NCBI GenBank assembly: GCA_946494015.1
Contig: CAMMBL010000002.1
Coordinates: forward strand, 1,379-65,378
Source: an uncultured Mycoplasmatota bacterium
GTDB taxonomy: Bacteria; Bacillota_I; Bacilli_A; RF39; UBA660
Length of the DNA: 64,000 nt
Direction of reading: 5' to 3'
Under the pieces are notes generated by a model. That model ran no database searches. It was not told the DNA's origin and worked only from the letters and a program-made list of their open reading frames with translations. Shown in pieces: positions 1 through 10,394 of the stretch. The number at the start of each line of letters is the position of its first letter. Within the stretch, counting starts at the first letter, position 1. Position numbers and translations under genes: made by a program.

Positions 1-234
1 CAAAAAAATATATTATGTATTTGACAATAATAATCCTTTAACGAGTGATATTAGTAATAAAATTTTAAATTATAACGATGCAAATAAATCTGTGGAAAAA
101 ATTAAATTACAGGTTAACTTTGACAATGATAATAGTTTAAGTGAATTTTTTTCTAGAAAAAGAAATTGAACAAATGTTTTATATTTATATGCTGTTAACT
201 GTGCTATACTATTTATATAAGTGAGGTGATATGT

Positions 235-1914
235 ATGTATCAGGCTTTATATCGTAAATATAGGCCTTTAAATTTTAATGATGTAGTTGGGCAAGAACAT
301 ATTGTTAATACTTTAAAAAATGCTATTTCTTATAATTATATTAGTCATGCTTATCTTTTTTCGGGACCAAGAGGAACAGGAAAAACAACCATTGCTAAAA
401 TATTTGCTAGAGCTGTTAATTGCTTGGAACCTGTTGATGGTTTAGCCTGTGGAAAGTGCAAAAATTGTATATATTCGTTTTCAAAAGAATGCATGGATAT
501 TATTGAAATTGATGCTGCTTCTAATAATGGCGTTGATGAGATTAGAGAATTGCGAAGTAATGTTAATATTTTACCAAGTGAATTAAAATATAAAGTGTAT
601 ATAATTGATGAAGTTCATATGTTATCAATTGGAGCTTTTAATGCTTTATTAAAGACTATTGAGGGGCCACCTAGTCATGTTATTTTTATTTTAGCTACTA
701 CAGATCCTCAAAAAGTTCCTTCTACTATTATTTCAAGATGTCAATGTTATAATTTTAAAAAAATTGATAATTCCAATATAGTTAAAAGATTAAAATTGAT
801 TGTTGATGACGAAAATATTGCAATAGACGAAAAAGTTTTAGAAAAAATTGCTGAATCTTCTGATGGCGGCCTTAGGGATGCAATTGGGCTTTTGGATAAG
901 ATTAGAGCTTATTGTGTAGATGAGATTAAAGTGGAGGATTTTTATAGGATTAATGGGCAAATTGATGATGAAGAACTTGAAATGTTTGAAAATTTAATTT
1001 TTGCTGCGAAATCTAAAGAGGTATTGATGAAGTTGGAGCAGTATTATCAAGATGGTAAAAATCTAGTTCAAATTATTAAACAATTAATGCTTAAAATAAA
1101 AGATGATTTGTTTGATTATTATATAAATAACAAAAAATTGGCTGTTGCTGAATATGATATGGTTAATTTTTTGAATACTTTAAATGATAATATGGTTAAT
1201 TTAAAAAAATCAGACGATATACGTTTATCTCTTGAGATAATGCTATTACATTATATGGATGTTAACAATAAAAATAAAAGAAATTTAAATACTTCTTATA
1301 ATGAGGAAACTAAAAAAGAAACTAAAGAATTTAGAAAAAAAGAAATAAATTTAGGTAATTATGATAAAGAAACAGATGAAGATAAGAATAGTTTGATTAT
1401 TAAAAATAAAACTAAGATTGCTAATTTCTATGAAATTATGAACATAAGAAGTAAAAATACAATGCTAGAAGCTTCAAAAAGTGAATTAACTAAAGAACTA
1501 GAAAATTTTAAAAAGATTAATGATTTTGTTTTTGATCAAACAACTGGATATTTAGCTTGTGAACTTTTGGATGGGCAAGTTAGAGCTTCAAGTTCACAAA
1601 CTTTAATAATTAGTTATGAATATGAAGGTATGATTGATAAAATAATTGATCATTTTGATGAGTTAATTAATTTTTATAATAATAAATTCGATACTTCTAA
1701 AAATATTGCAATAATAACTAATCAAAAATGGAATGATTTAAAAAATGAATATATAAAATTAAAAAAGAATGGTAATAGTTTTACATATGAAGAAGAACCT
1801 AAACCAATCTTGAATGTTTTAGAGAAAAATGTTAAAATTGAAAATGAAAATTCAACTAATAGTTTTATAGATGAAGCAGTGAACTTATTTGGAAATATAG
1901 TTGAAATAAGATAA
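235..1914 (+). CDS. dnaX: DNA polymerase III subunit gamma/tau
   Basis: N-terminus MYQALYRKYRP, Walker A GPRGTGKTT, zinc module CGKCKNC, sensor IISRCQ. GAGGTG RBS lies 5 nt before the ATG at 235; the ORF track starts at an upstream GTG at 226. Confidence 0.93.
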   Translation: MYQALYRKYRPLNFNDVVGQEHIVNTLKNAISYNYISHAYLFSGPRGTGKTTIAKIFARAVNCLEPVDGLACGKCKNCIYSFSKECMDIIEIDAASNNGVDEIRELRSNVNILPSELKYKVYIIDEVHMLSIGAFNALLKTIEGPPSHVIFILATTDPQKVPSTIISRCQCYNFKKIDNSNIVKRLKLIVDDENIAIDEKVLEKIAESSDGGLRDAIGLLDKIRAYCVDEIKVEDFYRINGQIDDEELEMFENLIFAAKSKEVLMKLEQYYQDGKNLVQIIKQLMLKIKDDLFDYYINNKKLAVAEYDMVNFLNTLNDNMVNLKKSDDIRLSLEIMLLHYMDVNNKNKRNLNTSYNEETKKETKEFRKKEINLGNYDKETDEDKNSLIIKNKTKIANFYEIMNIRSKNTMLEASKSELTKELENFKKINDFVFDQTTGYLACELLDGQVRASSSQTLIISYEYEGMIDKIIDHFDELINFYNNKFDTSKNIAIITNQKWNDLKNEYIKLKKNGNSFTYEEEPKPILNVLEKNVKIENENSTNSFIDEAVNLFGNIVEIR

Positions 1915-1927
1915 AGGAGATTTGATT

Positions 1928-2224
1928 ATGAATATACAAGCAATGATGAAACAAGCTCAAAAATTACAAAATGATATGATGAAAGTTAAAGAAGAAATTG
2001 ATAAAATGGAATTTTCTGGTACTAATGGTTTAGTAACTGTAAAACTTAATGGAAAAAAAGAAGTTATGGAAGTTAAAATTGAAAAAGATTCTGAGTTTTC
2101 TTGTGATGATTTAGAAATGTTACAAGATATGATTGTAATTGCTATTAATGATGCAATGAAACAAGTAGATAAAGTGACAGAAGAAAAGATGGGACGTTTT
2201 AGTTCTATACCTGGGTTATTTTGA
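1928..2224 (+). CDS. ybaB: YbaB/EbfC family nucleoid-associated protein
   Basis: ~100 aa, MMKQAQKLQ..M.K..EE motif, conserved position between dnaX and recR. AAGGAG RBS lies 8 nt before the ATG at 1928. Confidence 0.9.
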   Translation: MNIQAMMKQAQKLQNDMMKVKEEIDKMEFSGTNGLVTVKLNGKKEVMEVKIEKDSEFSCDDLEMLQDMIVIAINDAMKQVDKVTEEKMGRFSSIPGLF

Positions 2225-2820
2225 TGTATCCTGATAGTTTAAAAAATTTGATTGAAAGTTTTCAGAGTTTTCCTGGTATAGGAGAAAAAACTGCTGAAAG
2301 AATGGCTTTTTCAATTATAGGTTTTGACGATGAAAAAGTTGAATTATTGCAAGAAAATTTAGAAAATGTTAAAAAATCTATTCATCCTTGTAAAATATGT
2401 AATACACTTACAGATGAAGATATTTGTTCAATTTGTAATTCTGATTTAAGAGATAAAAGCACAATCCTTATAGTAGAAGATTCTAAATTGGTGTTTTTAT
2501 TTGAAAAAATGGGTACTTATAAAGGACTCTATCATGTAATAGAAGGGTTAATCTCTCCACTTGATGATATTAATCCTGAAGATATTGGTCTTGATAAATT
2601 ATTAGATAGAGTAAAAAAGAACCAAATAAAAGAAGTTATTTTAGCATTAAAACCAAGTGTGGAAGGTGAAATAACTTCTCTTTATATAAAAAAAGTATTA
2701 GAAGGAATTGATATAGTTGTTACAAGATTGGCAAGTGGAGTGCCAATTGGAGCTGATATGGAATATATGGATTCTTTAACTTTAGAAAGAGCTTTGGAAG
2801 ATAGAAAAGTAATATCATAA
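2224..2820 (+). CDS. recR: Recombination protein RecR
   Basis: FPGIGEKTAERMAF helix-hairpin-helix, C4 zinc finger CKICNTLTDEDICSIC, Toprim-like C-terminus. The ATG overlaps the ybaB TGA (TGATG). Confidence 0.93.
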   Translation: MYPDSLKNLIESFQSFPGIGEKTAERMAFSIIGFDDEKVELLQENLENVKKSIHPCKICNTLTDEDICSICNSDLRDKSTILIVEDSKLVFLFEKMGTYKGLYHVIEGLISPLDDINPEDIGLDKLLDRVKKNQIKEVILALKPSVEGEITSLYIKKVLEGIDIVVTRLASGVPIGADMEYMDSLTLERALEDRKVIS

Positions 2821-2860
2821 TTATATGAATAAATGCATAATATTCAATAGGTGAATATTT

Positions 2861-3046
2861 GTGAAAAAAATATGGCAATGTTTAAAAAAAATAATTATTA
2901 GTGCTTTTATTCTATATGGCTATAATTTAATTGCAGCAAGATTTAATTTAGTTATACCTATAAATGTTATTACAATAGGTGCTGTTAGTTTTTTAGGTTT
3001 TCCTATGCTTTTTGTTTTAGTTTTACTTAAAGTATTAATGTTTTAG
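2861..3046 (+). CDS. bofA: BofA-family small membrane protein (pro-sigma-K processing inhibitor-like)
   Basis: 61 aa with two hydrophobic helices. The segment LVIPINVITIGAVSFLGFPMLFVLVLLK resembles B. subtilis BofA (HVPINLVTTAISGILGIPGIAAL, recalled from memory). It sits downstream of recR as in Bacillus. Confidence 0.5.
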   Translation: MKKIWQCLKKIIISAFILYGYNLIAARFNLVIPINVITIGAVSFLGFPMLFVLVLLKVLMF

Positions 3047-3066
3047 GAAGGAATAAAAAAGTAGTA

Positions 3067-3912
3067 ATGAAATTAGAAGTTAAAATTAGACAACCAAAAT
3101 TTTATGATCATATAATGAAAGTTCTTGATGAGGACTTTTTATCTCATGCATATTTAATTGAAACTAATAATAATAAAATGGATATTGTAAGTGATTATAT
3201 TCATTTTTTTGTAAAAAAAATATATGAATATTCTTATAAAAAAGATAATGTTACAATAGATAAGGATAAACTATTTCATCTTTTGGATAATAAAGAATTT
3301 CCTGATTATATAGAGATAATTCCTAGTGCTAATCAAATAAAAAAAGAACAAATATTAGATATTATTAAAGAATTTTTTAATAAATCTTTGTATGGTACAC
3401 CAAAAATTTATACAATTTATGATTGTGATTTAATGAATAATAGTGCTGCTAATACAATATTAAAATTTTTAGAAGAACCAAGTGATGATGTAATAGCAAT
3501 TTTTGTTACTAGTAATCAATATAAAGTTATCGACACTATTAGATCAAGATGTCAAATAATTAGTTTGCAACATGAAGAAAGTGATATGGGTGAAATTTCA
3601 GAATCCTTAAAAAAATTTTTAGAAGGTATCTTAAAAAGACAAGAACATGATTTATTATTAGATTTTAATTATTATTTATCTAATTTATTTCAAAATAAAA
3701 AGATGGCAGTAGAAACAGTTAAAACATCTCTTGATTATTATAGAGGACTGTTAAATAGAATGGAAGATAAAGAAAAGTGTAAATTATCTTTAATTGAGTT
3801 AATTACTATAATTTCTATTTTAGATGAAGCTTTGAATAGACTTAAATACAATGTTAATATAAAATTGTGGTTAGATAATTTGTTACTTTCATTAATGGAG
3901 GTGTTAAATTAG
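3067..3912 (+). CDS. holB: DNA polymerase III subunit delta-prime
   Basis: SHAYLIE, NTILKFLEEP and TIRSRCQ motifs. Conserved position. Confidence 0.85.
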   Translation: MKLEVKIRQPKFYDHIMKVLDEDFLSHAYLIETNNNKMDIVSDYIHFFVKKIYEYSYKKDNVTIDKDKLFHLLDNKEFPDYIEIIPSANQIKKEQILDIIKEFFNKSLYGTPKIYTIYDCDLMNNSAANTILKFLEEPSDDVIAIFVTSNQYKVIDTIRSRCQIISLQHEESDMGEISESLKKFLEGILKRQEHDLLLDFNYYLSNLFQNKKMAVETVKTSLDYYRGLLNRMEDKEKCKLSLIELITIISILDEALNRLKYNVNIKLWLDNLLLSLMEVLN

Positions 3913-4692
3913 ATGAAATTATTAAAAATTAATTATATTAATGAATTTTTTAGTGATTATGATTATTTAGAATATATTGATAATTTTGAAGAAAAACTTG
4001 GAAAAAGTATTATTGTTGATAATAATTCGTTATTAAAATTAGCAGTTATTGTAGATATTGTAGAAAAAGGTGATCAAAAAATTGTTAGTAAATTTGTTAG
4101 AGTTGCTACAAAAAAAGATAAAGATAAAAATATTAGAAATGTTTCAGATAGTTCAGAGTCTTTAGTTTTTGCTCAAAATATGGCAAATGAATTTAATTTA
4201 GATATGCATTTCGTTTCAGCATATTATACTTTTGATCGAAAACAATTATTTCTTTCTTATGTTTCTGATAATAGAGTTGATTTTAGAGAATTAGCTAAAG
4301 CTTTAGCTCAACGTTATAAAACAAGGATAGAACTTAGACAAATAGGAGTTAGGGATAGAGCTAAAAAAATAGGTGGGTTAGGACCTTGTGGACTTTTTTT
4401 ATGTTGCAGTAGTTTTTTAACTGAGTTTGCAAGTGTATCAATCAATATGGCAAAAAATCAATTTTTAACATTGAATCCTACAAAAATAAATGGGCTTTGT
4501 GGTCGCCTTTTATGTTGTTTGAATTATGAAGATGAAGTTTATACAGAATTAAAAAAAGGTTTGCCTAATATTGGTAGTTTAGTAGACACAAAAGAAGGCT
4601 TAGGTAAAGTTACAGAAGTAGATGTTTTTAAAAGAACATATAAAGCTGAATTTAAAGATAAAGGAGTATTTGAATTTGGTGTTAATGAATAA
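3913..4692 (+). CDS. ricT: PSP1 domain protein RicT/YaaT
   Basis: Cys-rich PSP1 C-terminal block GPCGLFLCCSSFL...GLCGRLLCCLNYE. Follows holB as in Bacillus. Confidence 0.85.
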   Translation: MKLLKINYINEFFSDYDYLEYIDNFEEKLGKSIIVDNNSLLKLAVIVDIVEKGDQKIVSKFVRVATKKDKDKNIRNVSDSSESLVFAQNMANEFNLDMHFVSAYYTFDRKQLFLSYVSDNRVDFRELAKALAQRYKTRIELRQIGVRDRAKKIGGLGPCGLFLCCSSFLTEFASVSINMAKNQFLTLNPTKINGLCGRLLCCLNYEDEVYTELKKGLPNIGSLVDTKEGLGKVTEVDVFKRTYKAEFKDKGVFEFGVNE

Positions 4693-5389
4693 AAAAATGG
4701 AGTTTTTACATGATGATAAGAACTTAGTATTTTATTATGATAATGATTATTTTAAAATTACTACTGATAATCTTTTTCTTGCCAACTTTGTTAAAATAAA
4801 AAGTAAAGATAAACTATTAGTTGAATTTGGTAGTGGACTTATGGCTATACCATTACTTCTTTCTACTAGAACTAATATAAAAATGATAGGGATAGAGAAA
4901 GATAATGGAGCTTCTAAACTTTCAGAAAATACAATAAAAGAAAATAACTTAGAAGATAGAATTAAAGTTATAAATGATGATATTAAAAATTTAAATAAAT
5001 ATTTTGCTATTAACTCTATTGATATTATAGTTTGTAATCCTCCTTATTTTCTTTTAGAAAATGAGGCTGTTGTCAGTAATAAACATTACTTAAAAATGTC
5101 TAGACATGAAGGTGATATGACTATTGATTTAATCGCTAATCTTTCTAAAATTTATTTAAAAGATGGGGGAAGTCTTTTTTTGATACAACGTGTCGATAGA
5201 TTATTTGAAATTAGAGATACATTAATAAAAAATAATTTAGCTATTAAAGAAATACAATTTATTTACCATGATTTAGAAGCAAGAGGAAAGTTAGTATTAG
5301 TTGAGGCTAAGAAAAACGGTAAAGAACATGGATTAAAGGTATTAAACCCTATTATTTTAGAGAAGAAGGAAAGTGATATTAATGGATAA
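4685..5389 (+). CDS. SAM-dependent methyltransferase, YabB/TrmN6-like (NPPY class)
   Basis: VCNPPYF catalytic motif and EFGSG SAM-binding loop, in the position of yabB. The start is uncertain (ATG at 4685 or 4697); the ORF track start at 4622 overlaps ricT. Confidence 0.7.
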   Translation: MNKKMEFLHDDKNLVFYYDNDYFKITTDNLFLANFVKIKSKDKLLVEFGSGLMAIPLLLSTRTNIKMIGIEKDNGASKLSENTIKENNLEDRIKVINDDIKNLNKYFAINSIDIIVCNPPYFLLENEAVVSNKHYLKMSRHEGDMTIDLIANLSKIYLKDGGSLFLIQRVDRLFEIRDTLIKNNLAIKEIQFIYHDLEARGKLVLVEAKKNGKEHGLKVLNPIILEKKESDING

Positions 5390-6206
5390 ACCTAGTTTGT
5401 ATTTAATACCAACTCCAATAGGTAATTTAGATGATATTACTATTAGGAGTTTAAAAACGTTGGAACTTGTTGATGTTATTTTATGCGAGGATACTAGAGA
5501 AACTTCTAAGTTATTAAGTAAATATAATATAAAAAATAGGTTAGTAAGTTGTCATGAATTTAATGAAGATAAAATGAAAGATAGAGTTTTGGGTTATTTG
5601 AATAGCAATTTAAATGTTGCATTAGTAACTGATCAAGGAACACCTTTAATAAGTGATCCTGGTTATAGAATTGTTGACTATATTGCTTCTTATAATTATA
5701 ATATAGTGAGTTTGCCTGGAGCGACGGCTTTTGTTCCGGCATTAACTGTATCAGCTTTAGCTCCTCAGCCCTTTACTTTTTATGGTTTTCTTAATGCAAA
5801 GAAAAATAAACGAATTAAAGAATTAGAAACTTTAAGAAATCATCCTTATACATTAATATTTTATGAGGCTCCTCACAGATTAATAGATACTCTAAATAGT
5901 ATTAAAGAAGTGTTTGGGGATAGAAATATTTGTGTAGTTAGAGAAATATCTAAAAAGTATGAACAGGCAATAAGAGGTAAAATAAGTGAAGTTTTGGCAG
6001 GTGATTTTCCTATTAAGGGAGAGTTTGTTATTGTAGTAGAAGGCGCTAAGTTAGAATTTGACTTTAATAGTATGAGTATTATAGAACATGTTAATTATTA
6101 TATAGAAGATGGTAATACTAAGAATGAAGCTATTAAATTAGTGGCAAAAGAAAGAGGTATTCCTAAGTCTATTGTTTATAAGGAATATCTTGATAATAAT
6201 AAATAA
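5382..6206 (+). CDS. rsmI: 16S rRNA (cytidine1402-2'-O)-methyltransferase
   Basis: LYLIPTPIGNLDDIT...VILCEDTR tetrapyrrole-methylase-fold N-terminus. YabC position. Confidence 0.88.
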   Translation: MDKPSLYLIPTPIGNLDDITIRSLKTLELVDVILCEDTRETSKLLSKYNIKNRLVSCHEFNEDKMKDRVLGYLNSNLNVALVTDQGTPLISDPGYRIVDYIASYNYNIVSLPGATAFVPALTVSALAPQPFTFYGFLNAKKNKRIKELETLRNHPYTLIFYEAPHRLIDTLNSIKEVFGDRNICVVREISKKYEQAIRGKISEVLAGDFPIKGEFVIVVEGAKLEFDFNSMSIIEHVNYYIEDGNTKNEAIKLVAKERGIPKSIVYKEYLDNNK

Positions 6207-6207
6207 A

Positions 6208-6225
6208 TTATTTCCCGGGAAATAA
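6208..6225 (+). terminator. Perfect 18-nt palindrome TTATTTCCCGGGAAATAA just after the rsmI stop (possible hairpin, no T-tract)
   Basis: Read directly. The first 9 nt are the reverse complement of the last 9, with a GC core CCCGGG that is unusual in this AT-rich DNA. Confidence 0.3.
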
Positions 6226-6475
6226 AGTTGAAGGTTCATATAGAAAATTTTAATATGGAAACAGAATTAATCTACCTGTTGTAAGGGTTATATTAAATAA
6301 ATAAAAATAAAAAAAGCTGTTTGTTATTATAAAGATAAAAATAAGAATAATTTATTAGAAAGTAATCAATTATCAAAAATTAATATTATTTATATGAACA
6401 GCAAAGTAAAAAAGTTTTAATAAGGGAAAATAGAAAGTATAATCAAATGATTAAAAGACTAGGAAGGTGATAAGG

Positions 6476-7039
6476 ATGAAACTAATTGTTGGACTAGGTA
6501 ATATTGGAAAAGAATATGAAAATACAAGACATAATATGGGATTTATGTTAGTAGATAGGTATTTAGAGTATAAAAATATTCCTTTAAAATTTAAAGAAAA
6601 GTTTAATGCTATGTATGTAGAGACTACTATTAATAATGAGAAAGTTATCTTTATTAAACCTACTACTTATATGAATAATTCTGGTCTTGCAGTTAGAGCG
6701 TTTCTAGACTTTTATAAATTAAATGTTCAAGATATCTTAGTTATTAGTGATGATCTTGATTTAGATTTAGGTAAGTTTAGATTAAGAAGAAATGGTAGTA
6801 GTGGGGGACATAATGGGTTAAAGAGTATCATTTCCCATCTTGGAACTGATGACTTTAAAAGACTTAGAATAGGTATTTCTAATGATAAAGATGATGTTAT
6901 TAATTATGTCTTATCTAAATTTAGTAAGAGAGAACTTAATGAGATAGATACAATGTTTGATACCTTAGTTAATGTTTTAGATGATTATTTTGTAATGGAC
7001 TTTACCTCTTTGATGAGTAAATATAATAGAAAGGGGTAG
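6476..7039 (+). CDS. pth: Peptidyl-tRNA hydrolase
   Basis: MKLIVGLGNIGKEYENTRHN, YMNNSG and GGHNGLKS motifs. AGGAAGGTGA RBS. Confidence 0.93.
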   Translation: MKLIVGLGNIGKEYENTRHNMGFMLVDRYLEYKNIPLKFKEKFNAMYVETTINNEKVIFIKPTTYMNNSGLAVRAFLDFYKLNVQDILVISDDLDLDLGKFRLRRNGSSGGHNGLKSIISHLGTDDFKRLRIGISNDKDDVINYVLSKFSKRELNEIDTMFDTLVNVLDDYFVMDFTSLMSKYNRKG

Positions 7040-7041
7040 TT

Positions 7042-10000
7042 ATGAAAGTATTTGAAAATTTCTTTGAGAAAATTTATGATAAAGATATCGCTCTTATAGG
7101 GATGACTGAGGAGCTTTTTGCTGTTTATGTAAATAAACTTTTTGATAATAAGAAAAACATTTTGATAGTTACTTCTAATCTAGTAGAGTCTAATAGTTTA
7201 TATAGAAGTATTAGTAATTATACAGATAATGTTTATTTGTTTCCAATGGATGACTTTTTAACTAGTGAAGCGATGGCAATTAGTCCTGATTTAATGGTTA
7301 CTAGACTTGAAACAATGGAAGCGATTAGTAATGATAGTCCTTCTATAGTTATTACTAATTTAATGGGTTATTTAAGATATTTACCTCCAAAGAGTGAATA
7401 TTTAAAAAGTCTTCTATCTTTAAAGGTAAATGATGAGATTAGTCCTAAAGAGTTAGTAGAAAGACTTACTAACATAGGTTATCTTAGAACTACTTTAGTT
7501 ACAAAGACTGGGGAAATTGGGGTTAGAGGTTTTGTTATAGATATTTTTCCATTAGGTGAGTCTAATCCTGTTAGATTAGAGTTTTTTGGTGATACAATAG
7601 ATTCTATTAGATATTTTGATGGTAAAAGTCAAAAGTCTTTAAATGAAATTAAAAGTATAAAAATATATCCTTATACAGAAATATTTTCTAATGATACTTT
7701 TATTCCAGAAGAAAAAAGAAATACTAAGTATTTAAGTGAATATTCTGATGTAACTAATATTGGTGGTTATTTAGATAATCATGTAACTATTTATAAAGAT
7801 AAAAGTGCAATATTAATTAATTATAAACAGATATGTACAGATATTTTAGAATATAGAGAAGAAAAAGATACTGACTTTAAAGGTAGTTATATGGCATCTT
7901 TTGATGATATTTATGAAAATGATGCTCTACATTATTTAACTTTAGATAATTTAGATAAGTCTTTAAAGATAATAGATTTTAAGAGTAAGGAATTACCTTT
8001 ATTTAATGATGATATTGAAGGTATTATTAAGTATATTAGAGAAAAGTTATATGCTAATTATACAGTTATTGTTTGTTTAAAAGATTATCAGTTACATAGT
8101 TTTAGAAGTAAGATATCTTTACCTATAATGGATACTACTATGGATGAAATCTATCCTAATAAGCTTAATTTAGTTAACTTTAGTTTAGATAGTGGTTTTC
8201 AGTATAAGAATTATATCTTTTTAACAGGTAGAGAATTGTTTAGAAATAATGAGAAGGTTAAGAAGTATAAGACTAAGTTTAAATATAATACCAAGATAAC
8301 TGATTTAAATAAATTAGAGATAGGGGATTATGTTGTTCATCAAGTTCATGGTATTGGTATTTATAATGGTTTAAAGACTTTAAATCAACAAGGTGTTTTA
8401 AAAGATTATATAGAAGTTTTATATCAAGGTAATGATAAGCTTTATATTCCTGTTGAAAAGATTGATATGCTTTATAAATATACTGGTAAAGAAGGCGTTA
8501 GACCTACTATTTATAAACTTGGTGGTAAAGAATGGGAAAAGGTTAAAGCTAGAGTTAAAAGTAAAGTTCAAGATATGGCTAATGACTTATTAAGAGTGCA
8601 AGCGGAACGTGAAAGACAAAAAGGTTTTGCTTTTTCTCCTGATAATGAGTTACAAAAAGAGTTTGAAGATGCTTTTCCTTACGTGGCAACTAATGACCAG
8701 TTACTTGCTACTAAACAGATAAAAGAAGATATGGAGAAGATCTCTCCAATGGATAGACTGTTAGTAGGAGATGTTGGTTTTGGTAAGACAGAAGTAGCTT
8801 TTAGAGCAGCCTTTAAAGCAATTATGGATAATAAGCAAGTATTACTTTTATGTCCAACAACTATTCTTTCTAGTCAACATTATAAAAATGCATTAGAGAG
8901 ATTTAAAGATTTTCCTGTTAATATTGGTCTTTTAAATAGATTTACTAGTACAAGAGAACGTAATAGGATATTAGAGGAGTTAAGAGAAGGAACAATTGAC
9001 TTTGTTATTGGTACTCATAGAATACTTAGTGATGATATTAGACCTAAGGATTTAGGACTATTAATTATTGATGAAGAACAGAGATTTGGAGTTAAACATA
9101 AAGAGAAGTTAAAACAATATAAGAGTACTGTAGATGTTTTAACTTTAACGGCTACACCAATTCCTAGAACTTTACAAATGTCTATTGCAGGTATTAGAAG
9201 TCTATCTTTAATAGAGACTCCTCCAAGAGATAGATATCCAATACAGACTTATGTTATCGCTTATAATAAACAACTTGTTAGGGAAGCGATAATGAAAGAG
9301 ATGTCTCGGGAGGGACAAGTATTTTTGTTGTTTAATAATGTAGAGAATATTGAGCAAGAAGTAATGGAGATAGAAAATCTTGTTCCAAGTGCTAGAGTTA
9401 TTTATGCTCATGGTAGGATGGATAAAACAAAGATTGAAGATGTTATGCAGTCATTTATTGACCATGAGGCAGATGTTTTAGTATGTACAACGATAATAGA
9501 GACGGGTATTGATATTCCTAATGTTAATACATTAATTATTTTAGATGCTGATAGATTTGGTCTTGCTCAGTTATATCAGATTAGAGGTAGAGTTGGTCGT
9601 AGTAATAAAATTGCTTATTGTTACTTAATGTATCAAGAACATAAAGTATTAACAGAAACAGCTGAAAAACGTTTAAAAGTTATTAAAGAGTTTACAGAAT
9701 TAGGAAGTGGTTTTTCTATTGCAACTCGTGATTTATCTATTAGAGGAGCAGGTGATATTTTAGGTAGTAAACAAGCAGGCTTTATTGATAGTGTTGGAAT
9801 TGATCTTTATTTAAAGATGCTTAATGAAGAAGTAGAGCGTCTTAAAGGTAATGTGGTGGAAGAAGATAGTGAAGAAGAATCTAATAAGACATTACTTAAC
9901 GTATCTACTCATATTAGTGATGATTATGTAACTGATGATGATTTGAAGATTATGATTCATAGAATGATTAATGAGATAGATAGTAAAGAGAAACTTGAAG

Positions 10001-10326
10001 AAGTTAGAAGTGACTTAGAGGATAGATTTGGTAAAATTAGTGAAGATATTATTGTTTATATGTATGAAGAATGGTTTGAGAAACTTGTTAAACAAGCAGG
10101 TGTTACTAAAGTTAGCGAAACTAAAAATACTATTGAACTTTACTTTGACAAAGAGTCTACTAGTAAGTTAAATACAGAAGATTTATTTATGAATGCCTAT
10201 CAGATTACACCTATGTTTAGATTTAAGAGTAGAGAGAGTGATTTAACTATTATCTTAGATATTGTTAAGTTAGAGAAGCATCCTATTTATTATTTAGTTG
10301 CTTTGTTATCTAGTATGATTAGTTAA
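7042..10326 (+). CDS. mfd: Transcription-repair coupling factor
   Basis: 1094 aa with a UvrB-homology N-terminus and CarD-like domain (GDYVVHQVHGIG). Superfamily-2 helicase motifs GDVGFGKTEVA, DEEQRFG and QLYQIRGRVGRS. Confidence 0.95.
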   Translation: MKVFENFFEKIYDKDIALIGMTEELFAVYVNKLFDNKKNILIVTSNLVESNSLYRSISNYTDNVYLFPMDDFLTSEAMAISPDLMVTRLETMEAISNDSPSIVITNLMGYLRYLPPKSEYLKSLLSLKVNDEISPKELVERLTNIGYLRTTLVTKTGEIGVRGFVIDIFPLGESNPVRLEFFGDTIDSIRYFDGKSQKSLNEIKSIKIYPYTEIFSNDTFIPEEKRNTKYLSEYSDVTNIGGYLDNHVTIYKDKSAILINYKQICTDILEYREEKDTDFKGSYMASFDDIYENDALHYLTLDNLDKSLKIIDFKSKELPLFNDDIEGIIKYIREKLYANYTVIVCLKDYQLHSFRSKISLPIMDTTMDEIYPNKLNLVNFSLDSGFQYKNYIFLTGRELFRNNEKVKKYKTKFKYNTKITDLNKLEIGDYVVHQVHGIGIYNGLKTLNQQGVLKDYIEVLYQGNDKLYIPVEKIDMLYKYTGKEGVRPTIYKLGGKEWEKVKARVKSKVQDMANDLLRVQAERERQKGFAFSPDNELQKEFEDAFPYVATNDQLLATKQIKEDMEKISPMDRLLVGDVGFGKTEVAFRAAFKAIMDNKQVLLLCPTTILSSQHYKNALERFKDFPVNIGLLNRFTSTRERNRILEELREGTIDFVIGTHRILSDDIRPKDLGLLIIDEEQRFGVKHKEKLKQYKSTVDVLTLTATPIPRTLQMSIAGIRSLSLIETPPRDRYPIQTYVIAYNKQLVREAIMKEMSREGQVFLLFNNVENIEQEVMEIENLVPSARVIYAHGRMDKTKIEDVMQSFIDHEADVLVCTTIIETGIDIPNVNTLIILDADRFGLAQLYQIRGRVGRSNKIAYCYLMYQEHKVLTETAEKRLKVIKEFTELGSGFSIATRDLSIRGAGDILGSKQAGFIDSVGIDLYLKMLNEEVERLKGNVVEEDSEEESNKTLLNVSTHISDDYVTDDDLKIMIHRMINEIDSKEKLEEVRSDLEDRFGKISEDIIVYMYEEWFEKLVKQAGVTKVSETKNTIELYFDKESTSKLNTEDLFMNAYQITPMFRFKSRESDLTIILDIVKLEKHPIYYLVALLSSMIS

Positions 10327-10394
10327 ATTTTTCTAAAGTTTATAAAGGTGATGAAGAATACTTTTCAATTTTTTATAATAAACCTTTAAATATA

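Noticed and set aside
235-1914. Programmed -1 frameshift site in dnaX (as in E. coli gamma/tau)
   Set aside because: A-rich runs occur everywhere in this genome. No A-AAA-AAG heptamer with a downstream stem-loop was identified, and the mechanism is not general in Bacillota.
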